Assembly (NCBI RefSeq): GCF_037042905.1 | Contig: NC_087260.1 | Span: 16,120,001 to 16,184,000 of the forward strand | From: Lytechinus pictus | Taxonomy: Eukaryota | DNA length: 64,000 bases | Direction: 5' to 3' | Part shown: in pieces, positions 26,807 through 40,000 of the stretch | Layout: every line of letters starts with the position of its first letter | Numbering within the stretch: the stretch's first letter is position 1 | The notes under the pieces: generated by a model | The model's database searches: none | What the model saw: the letters and a program-made list of their open reading frames with translations, nothing else | Told to the model about the DNA's origin: nothing | Position numbers and translations under genes: made by a program

Positions 26807-27712
26807 AGGGATGATCCGGGCTGGAAATATCTATATCTAAATCACAAAGCAAAATGCTGAAAATTTCATCAAAATCGGATAACAATTAACGAAGTTATTG
26901 AATTTTAAAGTTTATCAATATTTTGTGAAAACAGTTCTGAATAAACCTACTTTCATATAATAAAATAAAACAGAACAAGTGGGGATATACTGTTTGACCG
27001 GAATAAAGCAAAATTTTGATGTAATTTTCAGCATTATGCTAGTTTGATTTTTCTCTATTTATTCAAATCTACATTTTTCTGGGGTGGACATGACATTTAA
27101 AGGGGTGGTCCGGGCTGAAAATATTTATATCTAAATAAATAGAGTAAAATTCACAAAGCAAAATGCTGAAAATTTCATCAAAATCGGATAACAAATAACG
27201 AAGTTATTGAATTTTAAAATTTATCAATATTTTGTGAAAACAGTTATATGCACATCGTCATGAATATTCATTAGGTGGGCTCATGATGTCACATCACTAC
27301 TTTCCCTTTTCTAGTGTTATTACCCGTTATTACATGAAATCATAAATGTTTCATTTTTTTCATACATGTGTAAATGATGTGTCTCCATTATGATGAAACA
27401 AGTGGCGGCAGTGAATAACTAATGCACTTAATCAGTTGTCAATCCAATTGTTTTAGTTCCGTAGAAAAATTCTGAATGAACCTAATTTCACATAATTAAA
27501 TACAAAAGAACAAGTGGGGATATGACATCATCAACCCACCTAATGAATATTCATAAAGACATGCCTAGAACTGTTTGACCGGAATAAAGCAAAAATTTTG
27601 AATTCAATAACTTTGTTATTTGTTATCCGATTTTGATCAAATTTTCAGCACTTGCTTTGTGAATTTTACTCTATTTATTGAGATATAAATATTTCCAGCC
27701 TGGACCATCCCC
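26807..27712. mobile_element. Two adjacent Kolobok-like MITE copies (deleted copy ~26807-27096, fuller copy 27101-27712)
   Basis: Both start AGGG...CCGGGCTG after TTAA and share the block caaagcaaaatgctgaaaatttcatcaaaatcggataac. The second copy has long inverted arms. Confidence 0.7.
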
Positions 27713-30700
27713 TTAAATTTTGTCATTTTTATGCTTTACCGTCGGGTTTATAGACAAAGATTCGCTCGGACAGGCAGGCCGGTGCGTACGTATATCAACT
27801 GGGAATCGAGTGTTCGATTTTCTATCAATGAGGTGCTTCAGTGCTTGTAAAGAAAAGACGAACAAGGACAAATAAGTTTGTTTCGCGATTCAAAGAGTTG
27901 CGTGCCCTTTGTGAATGTATTTTTGCCCCCTCTCATTATATTATTCGTTTGTTGATCATTTATCTTTCCTTTTCCATTTTGTTCACATTTTTAGTATAGC
28001 ACATTCTCCATATTTCATTTATGTATTTGAAATATCCATAGCGCATATTAGGAAATAAAATTGAGGGAAACTGAACCCACTGAAAAACATTTAAAATGTC
28101 GTTTCTCCCCTTTTTTACACTTTCATTGGCATATTGCCCGGGGATTTGTAGCAGCGGTAACACCTTTTTTCAAGGAAACGCCGCCCCAAAGAGATTCTAT
28201 TCTATATATGGATTTCAAAATTAAATACCAACAAAGAAATCCTTGAGTATATCCTGGAGCAAGGGTGGGTGGGGGGGGGGGGGAGACGATCTACAGATGA
28301 CGTCATATTTTTCTAAACTGAATTATAGGGGTATTATTATAGTGTACCGTAAATGGCTCACATCTTTCCTTTTTACACTCATCTTTCTTCATTATCCCGT
28401 TCTCTCCTTTTCACTACATTGAAAATCATAGGAAGGGGGGGGGGGGGTCACCCTTTGAATCCACTGTGGCACTGCCCCCCCCCCCAGTATCAAATGTTCT
28501 CATCCTTTTATTATTTCCTAACGATCCAGCTCTACTCTTCATCTTTTCCATCACCAAACTCTCTCTTCTTATCCCTTTATTTTTACCGGTCTCATGATTG
28601 CACGCATTAATTCTTCTTTTTGGAGGGGGTTCAAAGATACTAATAATCGATCGTTCAAGAACAGCTGATAACAGATTGGTGTATATTTTGTGTGGGAATT
28701 TTGAAAATGGGCAGTAATAAGTATATTTCAAGAAAAAAAAATAGGCTGGGGCTGGTCCATTGCAAACTCTACGCCCCTCCCCCTCCTGTTACACCCACTG
28801 ATGTCTACTTTCCCATCTCATCTCTATCTCTTTCTCTTTTCTCCACTCTCATCCATGGACGGAAATCCGGGGGGGGGGGGGGGGAACAGGGACCCCCTAC
28901 CCAAAATAGTAGGGGGGCACAATATCAAATGCCCCTCCTACTATTTTTTGTCTTTTTTTTTTTGCTTGTCAAATTAATTTTGGTCGAGATGACCGGACAT
29001 TTGGGGTGATAACCCTTTTTTTTTTTTTTGCTTGTCAAATTTTCCAGCCTCTGGTCCTCCCTTCCTTTGGGGAGAGATTTCCCCCCTTGCTCTCATCCTC
29101 CACCATTCTCCATTCCAAGATGAGTGAGTATCCGCCACAAATAACCAGAATTTAAACTTTGGCAATTAGGATTGCAAATATCTTCTTTTTTAATAATAAC
29201 TTTTTTTTGCAGAAAATCTATTTTCCTTTTCAATTGATCTCCCAGAGAATCAACATAAAAATGATTGATAAATCAAGCACACTAAATATTAAGACCTTTA
29301 CACCCCTATCATCTCTTCAACCAAAAACTACCAACTCTTGAAACGATACCAAAACAGGGGCGTATCCATGATGTCGGAGATGGAGCACATAAAATTGTGA
29401 AAAAAAGTTTTGCATTCAAAATAGGTTATTTTTTTCAGGATAATCTAATTTGCAAAAAAGTGGGATTCTTTCACTTCAAAATGGGAGGCAACTAATAAAA
29501 AAATATAACAAAAGTTCTGGGGTGGGGGAGGGGCACATTGTAAATTTTGCCTACAGTAGGGGGGGGGGGGGGTGGCACATGCCCCCTGTATCCAAACTCC
29601 TGGATCCATGTATGTAACATACTAAAATCGCCCCGGAAATAAAGTTTGGTTCATTAAAATAACACACATAATTATAATATCACAAAATGTATCACATAAT
29701 GTATTCATACATTCAAATACTTTCTGAAGTAATTGCAGGCCATTAATATTTATGCCGTTAGTTACTCCTTTCCTAGCTTTAAAAATCAAGGCAAGTGGTA
29801 CATCAACTATTCCATGAATCTAATTATTTAGATCTGATGTAGATATCACCATATAAGCTGATATTATTTTATAAATATGATTGGACTGCTATTGAAACAT
29901 CAAACAAGTTAACAGATTATAAGGTCTACTTTTTTTTGAGGGGGCTTTGTTATGACATCATTAAATGCCTTACATACATGTATAAGGTTCATGTGGAGAT
30001 GCTATTTTTAAGCATATTTGCTAGAAAAACATTTACAATACATTATCTTTTGTGGGGGATCATTTGAGATTTTAAAATTGAGAATGGAAAAGAGAAATAT
30101 AATCAATTAATACGAAGTTCACATTTAAATTTTCCCACAAGCAATTACTACAGAGGAAAATATAATTCCAAAAGTAGATTGGAATATAATTGTTACTTTT
30201 ACTGTGATTACGCATTCAAAGAATAAACATACTCATTTGTATTGGAGAATCTGAAGTGCACATTCGCATTCAAGTCATAAATCAAAGAATTACATTGCCA
30301 TTTGAACTACACGCATGCTTGAAATCATGATAAATCCATCAGTCAAATTAAACACAATTTAATCATCATGACACTTGTTACATATAGTCCATAATCAATA
30401 TCACATTTCATTTGAATGTTGAGACACTATGCCAGGCCTGCTAACTCTCATATAATTCATATTCCTTCTTATACACATAAATATCTATCCCCTGTACATA
30501 ATAAATAATCTCACAAATAATTAATTCCTATAATAGACAACTATTACAATAAATATTAGACTATCAATAAGGCATCCTGAATATAAATTTTACAAAAAAA
30601 AACTCCTTGCAAAAAGAAGAGAAAGAAGTGCACTTATAATTCTTGACACATCCTAAAGAGTCAATATAAGTAGTACTACAGCAAATTCATTGTATAATTC

Positions 30701-30860
30701 AAATTGAATTGAGATAGCTTTGTAGAGCAAAATATACAGACAAATATTGTTAGAAATACACCTATAGATAAAGACAGTATTACTGAACATTCTGATTATT
30801 AGCATCATGGCGGATTGCTTCACAAACCCAGCTCTAAAATGGCAACAATTATTACATATG

Positions 30861-31098
30861 CAGTGGCGGATCAAGGATTTCGAAACAAAGGGGGCGCAAA
30901 GAGCAATTTGTATTTTTTCTTTAAAATGTATTTTATTAATTTTCAATAACTCCAATACAATATACAACTGCAAAGAGCAAAATAGTGGAGGCATAGACAA
31001 TTTCTTCAGATTTTGCTATAAATATGCATATTAAATGGGTAATTTTCAAAATATAAAGGGGGTGTGTGACCCTTGCGCCCCGCCTGGATCCGCCACTG
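30861..31098. mobile_element. Short TIR element CAGTGGCGGATC...GATCCGCCACTG
   Basis: Perfect 12-bp TIR. No clear TSD. Confidence 0.6.
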
Positions 31099-34081
31099 TA
31101 ATAAAATGCATCATTCTCTAGCTGTGTATGATAAAGCTGTACATAGTAAAAGTACAGATGACTTTCAAAGTCCCTTGGTGTATTGCTTTAGAAAAATGAC
31201 ACTAAAAGAACATAGAATACATGGCCAGAATTAATGAATGAGGTTTAAACCAGAAAGAATAGTTTGACCTCCATATACACAACAGAATAAGTGCACATGA
31301 CCCATTGAGCTCTTAAAGAAATACAAACTACTGTTACTAGACAAATTTCTGAGTACGAGCACGTTTGAAAAAAATCTGAGGGGAGGGGAGAACCACCCCA
31401 TGTCTTACGTTTGGGTATAGATTCGATAATTTGAAAACACTGGATTAAATATTCTAAAATTCAAATAGTTATGATATAATTTTCCATCAATTTATTCTTT
31501 GTCAAAATTTGAAGTTGGTGATTAAATCTAATTCAGCGCCCTCTCTTGAGAATGATTTTTTCCCCCTTCTTCCTATAATACTTAGGTAAGGATTTAATTA
31601 TTACATTGTAGAAAACTGTTGATGAAGATTGTAAACAGAGAGAGAGGGAGAGAGAGGAGGGGGGGGGGGGGAGGGGAATACTGCAAGACATTCAAACTTT
31701 ATATCTTCACAACAAAGTTCATTTTAATTTGTTCATATGAAGCTCAGACATCTATTGCTTTCAATGTGCAGCTAGAATCACTGCATCATCACCTTGACAA
31801 ATACAACATCCAAATTATGCAAGTCTACAAAATTCATTGAAATTCTCAATAATATAAAAAGACAAGTAAAGTAAGAACCTGTACTCATCCACATTCTTAA
31901 ACTAGTTTAGTGGAAAGCAGTTTAACCTGAAGTAGAACACTCCAAGCAATCCTAGAAATGATTATAAGTGGTCCTGGAAATCTTATAGATAAATGCCAGT
32001 TGTGGTAACGATCTCAAAATGATTTCGAACAGATTATAATGTTTGAATGTATAAATAAGAAATATGTGCCATATGACTCTTGGAAAAAATTAGTAATTGC
32101 TGAGAAAGGAGCGAAATATGCACGGAATTCCATAAAACGTCAGGTATTTTTCCAAGTCATATTAATACATTGTCCCACATATGCATGTTTGTGTCAGTGA
32201 TCATCAGAATTATTGGTTTTCAGCTAAATTTCATGATTTCACAAAGATAAGTTTATTTCAATGTACCAGATCTAGATCTATGCTATTGTGGCAATTAACC
32301 TTGATTTTCAACACTTTCTCATGAAATAATTGTTTGCTGCAACTACTTTCTTTTACCTTTAACTAGTTCAGAGATTATGATGGGAACGCTTAAACAAAGC
32401 GATCTTCTAAATCAGTTTTGTAAAGTGGCATCCCTACACCAATGAAGTATGCATCTTCAAAACTCAAGCTGGAATAAGGCTACAGAGGTATCAAAAAGAT
32501 TTCTGAGAAATACTGAATAGCAGAACAAAAATAATAGAAGCAAGCCGCAACATGATAGAATACCAATCTCTAGTTGTTCAAAAGAGAGCTAGACTGTTAT
32601 TTAATACTGACCAACTTGTATGAGTGCAGCATCTAAAGTATATAGAAGCATCAAACTATGATAGTAGTCTTGGTATTAAAAAAAGAAATGCAAGTTACTA
32701 CACTACTGTCTCTACTGTCGTGAAAATGGTATCTAAACTAAGGATCTTAATATTCTGCTTACAAACTTGGATTGTAACGATATCTCAAAGCACTTTACAG
32801 ACGTATCATTACCCGTCATTGAGTTCTGGCTTGCCTGCACACAATGTATACACTCTCTCCAATCAAAGGGGGGGGGGGGTGGAGGGCATTTACGCTCTAG
32901 GCACTGAAAGCATCAATTGATTTGCTTTAACGAAAATTGATCTATCAATCAAAAATTTGTAATTGATATTTGATATCAATTGCAAAGAATATCCATGGAA
33001 TTAATCCATATGGATTACTGTTTGAAACATCATTACCTGCATACAACTGATTCCAAATCAGAAATTATTGCAAATTACAGTTATGCATATTGAGATGAAG
33101 CCCACAAGACACAATATAGGCATGATATTCACTGCAGATAGGTTATCTACAGGAAGCAATCTATTCAAAGGAATACTAGTTATACTACTTATACTAGTCA
33201 AGAGTTTAAAAATTCATATTCATTTTTGTATTTTAATAACAATAATATTCTGCATTATACATTAGTGATGTCTCTACGCACTTTACAAAATTATTACCCG
33301 GATCACTGGACTCTTGCATGCCTGCTCACAAGATATGCACTTTCTCCACTCCCTGGGGAGCATTCCAACAACCGTTCCAAGACTGGATTGCTAGGCATAC
33401 TTACATAGGTTTTCGCAATCCTCCCGGGTACCCATTGAACACCTGGGTGGAGAGAGGCAAAGTGTGGATTAACACCTTGCCACAGGAAGCGAGGTTGCAG
33501 TGGGATTCAAATACATGACCCAATGATTGCAAGGCAAGAGTCTGAACCACTCCACCACGATACTTCCACTATATCTTACATTCCGTAACGGCATAATTCT
33601 CCTAGTCTGTTGGCTCAGGACCCTATTAACAGGATATGCCCATGAGCATGAGGAACCTCAAGTAGTGGAAAAGGCGAGAGTCAGAACAGCTACACAACAC
33701 TTCAACTTTGACCACAATTATAATAGTTAATGAACTTCAGGCCATTTTATCTCGATCTCAGTCACTTTTTTTATAGTAATTCCATAAGATCATAGGATGG
33801 TTGTTAGCAGACTAACAGCTAGACACATGGACATCTTAGCCATCCAAAAGCAAGGAAGGTTGTCAGGTCTTGGCAACTTTTCAGACTTCAAATGTTGATG
33901 ACACAGCTCATATAATTCTTGTTAAAAGACGTGACCAAACGTGGCACTGACTTTTGTGGTGCCGTATTCAGAGGTGACCATTCACTAGGGATGGGGCCAT
34001 CTGGAAAAGACCTAAAACCAGAGCTCTTTATTACATGAAGATACATCAAGGCTACAGAATCACACTGTCTGGGGGCGATCG

Positions 34082-37000
34082 TCATAACCCCTTGCCCGAG
34101 TCGTCGCCCCCTTCCCCGATCCACTTGTTCCTCTGTGGTGGCTCCACCCCTGGCTCGGAAATGGTGGCCTTCTGCCGAAGGTCGATGGTGATAATGTCAT
34201 CCTCAGGCTCAAAGTCGTCCGCGTAGTCACTGTACGGAAAATTAAGAAGATAATCACAATAAGATGCAGGCAGTTACAATGATGATGACTTATAAATTTT
34301 GTTTTCACTTGAACACACATTTCAAATTTTTCACTTACAAAATGATAAGAAAAATAATAATACATACACAGCACTGCAATTTGACAGTTTACACTCCTTA
34401 CTGTAAGAAACAGATAAGCAATAAATTGCAAATGTGCGATTAATTGCAAGACATACAGTATCATTGATTTGGGGATCCCAAATTGAAGTAACTGACCGTA
34501 AGTTTCTTGAAATAGCCAATTAGTCTCATTACCTCCTCTGATAAGGTAACTAGATAATGGTGCTACACAAATTCCAGGTTTTGTTTACTTTGTCTACTTA
34601 AATGAAATACAAAGATTTTCAAAATGATGAATAAAATTGAAGATGTCAAGGGGGTTTGCCTGAAACTCACCAGTCATCCTCCTGCTGTGAGTGTTGTTGT
34701 GTATCCTGTCCTCCCTCCTCCGCTACCAGCATCTCGTATTCCTCGGCAGCATACTTCTCCCAGTCTGTTGGCTCCGGACCCTCGGTCTCATAATCCTGCA
34801 GAAAAAAAAAGATGATTATAAGCCCTTAAAAAATGTTCTGCAACTCAAGTTTGAGGGTGTAATAAATTTCCTATACCGTTTTCAGTAACTCATGATTTTG
34901 TTTGTCTTCACCATGCTTGCGCTAAAATAGTCTGCATTATAGTAACTGTAACAGATCCGCGCTTTGTACGCTTTTACGATGTTGCTGGTCTGGTGTTGAT
35001 AAAAGCAGCACCAAAATAGCCCGGGCATTCATGAACTCAAAATTTTACGAATTAGCACAGACCTGGTCTGGACCAGCAAATTACTGAAAGCGGTATTGGT
35101 GTGTCATCATCATATGTGAATATGGTATCATCAGAAAGCTTCATTATTTCTCTTTACAATGTGAATTTTGATGTGATTTCATAATCATGGAACGTGCAGT
35201 TACCCTAAATATAAGGCAAAGTCACAAGTGAAATGTTGCAAAATGCATCGTTTTCTAACCAGTCTCCATTTCCTTATAATTTTGCCTATGTAGGTGACAG
35301 TGAATGTTTTGTAAAAATTGTCTGTTGTGTCATTAAGATTGAAAGTAGTAATTTGTGTAGTTGAAGAGATGTGTTTCGACTGTTTGCGTGCGTAATCGAG
35401 CGTTTCACACGAAAAATCTCGAGCTCTCGAGCATTCAAGGAATTTCTTCCTACCGGGTACCCATTCACCTCACCTGGGTCGAGTGCAGCACAGTGTGGAT
35501 AAATTTCTTGCTGAAGGAAAACACGCCATGGCTAGGATTCGAACCCACGACCCTCTGTTTGAAAGGCGAGAGTCAGAACCACTAGACCACGACCAGCCCA
35601 CACTCTCATACTCTCTTCATCTTTGATGGATTTCCCTCAAACCTTCACCACTAATTCTTTTTGTAAACTTATTTTCAGGTTAGGATGAACTCTCCTTTTG
35701 GTGAAATGGTTTGTCAATTGTGCAAGGCATATATCCTGGCTAAAAAATCCAAGTGTGAGAAGTCCCTTAATCGTCTACAAGCTTACCCTATTGCTTGCGA
35801 AGGGATCCCTCTGCTCGTGTTCCAAGAATTTCTCCAGGTTAAAGAGCGTATCAAAGAAGATGTAAGCCAGCTTGCAGTTCTTGAGATCATGCAATGTTAT
35901 GAAGTCTGGATTCTTAGGTTTCACCAAATCTAGTAGCTATCGAGAGCCATAAAAAAGAGTAATATTATGAAATGATTATCAAACAATACTTCAGAATTAA
36001 AATAGTTGCAGATAGACTTAAGTATGACTTTAAAATAGATACTTAAATTCCCAGTAACAGGTTAGTGTAGTATTACCTAATTGCATTGGCCAGATCATGG
36101 TCAGGCAGTGCGTGAAACTGGGTGAGATATTATGCATTTACATACTATACGTGCAATGGCACTTTAATGGGGTCGACTTGATTGTCATACTCTTAGCTGT
36201 GGAAAATAAAAAAGAAAAAGATTCTGCGCTTTCAGATTATTTTCATGATATTTAGTGAGAATAGCATGAAAATTTTCTTCTGCCAACAATCTTTCACCAA
36301 ATTTCATTATATTGATTTTAGTTTTGATAATAGCTGAATGATTAGGCTGACAATTTGCATATAGTCCAATATTTTCACTTCTGTGTTGTCCACTGCAAAG
36401 GATTGCTCTTGGGACTCTACCACAACAATAACAAATGAGTTTCGATGACTTCACTCTCAACAATCATCATCATCATCAATACCAGTCTGAAATTAAATGA
36501 AGAGCTCCCTCTGTTGTCAAGGACAGACATACCTGACATAAACAGTCTTCAAACGGCAGGGTCTCAATACCAAGGCTCTCCATCTTGTTGAGTTGCTCCT
36601 CGTAGAAGAACTCCAGCTCAAACATTGAGAGGAGTCCATCCCCGTCCAGATCCATGCATCGGAACCAGTACTCTATACTGTGAATCAAAATAAAAACAAA
36701 GATTTGTTAAATAGTCAAATGGCAGTAAGGTGGTGGAGTGGAAGGGAGGGAAAGTATCAGTATTATCCATCGCATCATTAGGCAAGGTGTTATCTTTATT
36801 TGCCACTCTCCACTGAGGTGTAGTAAGTGGGAAGCTGGGAGGAAAAAAATCCTTGGGTACTCGAGCGCCCGATCAGAGTAGCTGTGCTACAGCTGGTGTT
36901 CTATGCAGTTCTTAGGAACTTTTCTCAAGCCAACTGATCAGTTGGCTTGAGAAAGTCAATAGGAGTGGACGAAAGCTCGCCCCGTATAAATTAAAGGTTG

Positions 37001-40000
37001 GTTGAATTTATTTAATTAATCATCCACAACTGATGAAAGTTTTCTGTATAGTTCTTAGAAACTTTCTATTGAGCGCTACATAAATGTTGCATATTGCTTT
37101 TTATTATTATTTAGTAGTTGGGTAATTCCATTAAATATTCATCCTTTTTTTTATATCCAACTCCCACTTTTCTTGTTTTCAACTTCACTTCGTGAACTGC
37201 GTAAGTCAAGAAAATGTGGGAACTTTACAACTTTCATACAAAGAGGAATGATTTCAGGACTGTCCCACATATAGAGGATTGGACAACATACATGACTTCA
37301 TGAAATTGTTCCGTGGTAATCAGAATTTTAAAGCTGGTTTATTAATTGATTATGAGGGTGGTCTAATTAACCTTGCACTCACACAACTTGCCCTTACTCA
37401 CTCTAATAATAGCTACTCTGCTAAGAAAAGCCAGGGTAATTATGTTGCATTATGGGAGAGCCATTACAGACTTCTGATATAAAAGTAAGTGTAAGATGGG
37501 ATATAAGTAAGATTGAAATTATTATCAACATTACATAATGTTATTAAATGTGACCATCCACCTCAAAACCAATACTAAGTCCCTACGCAAGGTTCTCTGT
37601 AATAAGCCAAAATAATAATTTGTTTTTTACAAATCAAAATAAGAAATATCAGCTTATCTGAAATAGTAACTTTTTTACTCTATGATGGCAACATTTGCCG
37701 TATCAAACCGAGAAACTAGATAAAGGGGCATCTTTGACACCATTTTCCCCAGAGTTCTGGTCATTCAACCCAATTTGTTCAGTATTATGACTTCAATTAT
37801 ACCACTCCCACAAACATTTGGTGTTGATATTTAGCTTTGTATTGTATGCAAAGTGGAGTTGTCAATACCTGAATGAATCTATTTGAAATTTGAAAATGAA
37901 ACACATTGGCTTTTCCATTATCTGATGCTCATTACAAATTAATGTGATCAACCTGCAAAGGTAATGCCATTTATTTCAATACCCCTTCCCCCCCCCCCCA
38001 TCCCAGGAAATGGAAGGGGAGGGTGTCTCAAAAATTCAAAACATGTGTTTGTCAAACCTGTATGTTATAGAACTACTTGACATTTGAATATGACACCCAT
38101 CTGTTTTTCCACTATCTCATGACAATTTGATTTTTTCAACCTGCAAAAGGAAGGTCATTTTTCAATATCACCCCCCCCCCTTCCTCTCAGTAAAAGGAAG
38201 GAAAGGTAGGAAGGGGGATCTAAAAACTTCAAAATTATGTGGGTTGTTTTACCCTGCATAAAAGTGTGGCATTCAAGAGGGAACCAAAATATACTTGAAG
38301 CCAAACGCAACAAATATCCCTATACTTGGACCTTTTTTTTGGGGGGGGGAGGGGGGGGGGGGGAGAGGAGAACTGATCTGAAATTGTTGCTAATTTTTTT
38401 TTTGTAAACTTATATTGATTAATCAGATTTAAATTGTCAACATTCATTATATAAGCCTATTTGCATAATTAGTGAACTATTGAAAATATTTACTTGTTTT
38501 GCTGAATGATTTACATTCAAATTTGCAAATTAACCCGGTATTTACAATCACACTATAATATCCCATAAATTTAAACATTCTAATTCTAGTTCTATACTTC
38601 AGTAGACTGTAGTTTATATCCCATAAATTTAAACATTCTAATTCTAGTTCTATACTTCAGTAGACTGTAGTTCATCCGTGTTAAATTTTTGGTATTCCTG
38701 GATAATTGAATTTTCATGATTCCTATGCAATTTCGTAAAATTTTATCATGTTGATTACTGTGCACTTTTTAAAGTTGGCTATGTCATTATTTCACTGGCT
38801 GGATGACATGATTTTATCAACAAACAACTCCAATGTTTATGAATGTCTAGTGGGTCTAAGTACCTGATTGGTTGTTTTTTGTCTTCCTCTGATAAAAGAA
38901 AAGAAACAAATTCATTGTAGCTCATCCGACCTTCTCTGACGGATGCAGGGCTGTAAGAGGAAAAGAGAAGACAAGAAAAATGACAATTTTGTAAAGACCT
39001 GGACTGGTATTCAAACTATTATTAATTTTGTTAAGTATTTTACTTAGTATTTACTTGGCTAAGCAAAATGCTTTAACTCGTATTTGTATTCACATCTAAG
39101 TATTTTACTTTATCAAGCCAAATTTAAGCGAAATACTAGCTAATAACCATTGTAACGTCGTAAATTTTGGACCAAATAACGAGCAATGTATGAATCCATC
39201 TGTGTGCAGAATGTTTGACTGCACGTATCAAGTTTGTAAATTGCACGCAAGCCAGACTTAAGTCTGGTAGGCAGCTGGCGTATGACTTCGATTGAAAAAA
39301 AAAATTCTGGCTTTGGTATCGAACTAAATACTGGCCCAATACTGCTCCTATTTCATAGCAAGACTTAACATCAGACAGGTATAAGTTTTCATGTGAAGTG
39401 AATTATTATGTGCTGACCCCAGACTTTGTGAAAAGTATTGGAAATACCTGTAACAGAAACATCTTTGGGGGAAAGCGAACTTGGTGTGCCAAGAGAAATT
39501 CTTCGACCAATCCTGCATGACCATAAGGCAATTTCCAGTGGCAGTACATAACGTCTACTAGTCATAAATCTTGATTTACCATGGTTGACCAAATGTGTGA
39601 ATTATATCTGAATGGTGTCAAATTCCCCATGAAACTACACAATAATCTTCCTTTAAAACGATGGCAACTTTGCTATTAGAGTCAGTACCACTGATTGATT
39701 GATTGTTGAGCCCTGATACCATGGTAGTTGCCGTATTGTCAAACATTACTCTTTACAAAATGAGCCCTTTATCAATAGGATAAAGTTTGTAAGACACAAG
39801 AGAATCAAAGAATGGCAATAGAAGAGAATAGTTAAAGATGGTTCAATTTATAAGAGAAAATATAGTGATTTCCAAAAATAAAGAATACAATATCACAAAT
39901 TTCAAAGCACAGAAGACATGGACAGAAAGGGAAACGAATAAAGTAGAGATGGAAAGAGACATGCATAGGTAAATAGAGGGGAAATTACAAAAGAGAGACA

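Noticed and set aside
25000-33000. Numerous 60-115-aa ORFs between MSL2 and PPP2R3
   Set aside because: AT-rich or repeat-derived, with no homology or consistent splice structure. Probably intergenic sequence plus a long PPP2R3 3'UTR.
38559-38672. 56-bp perfect tandem duplication
   Set aside because: A simple local duplication in intronic repeat sequence with no sign of function.
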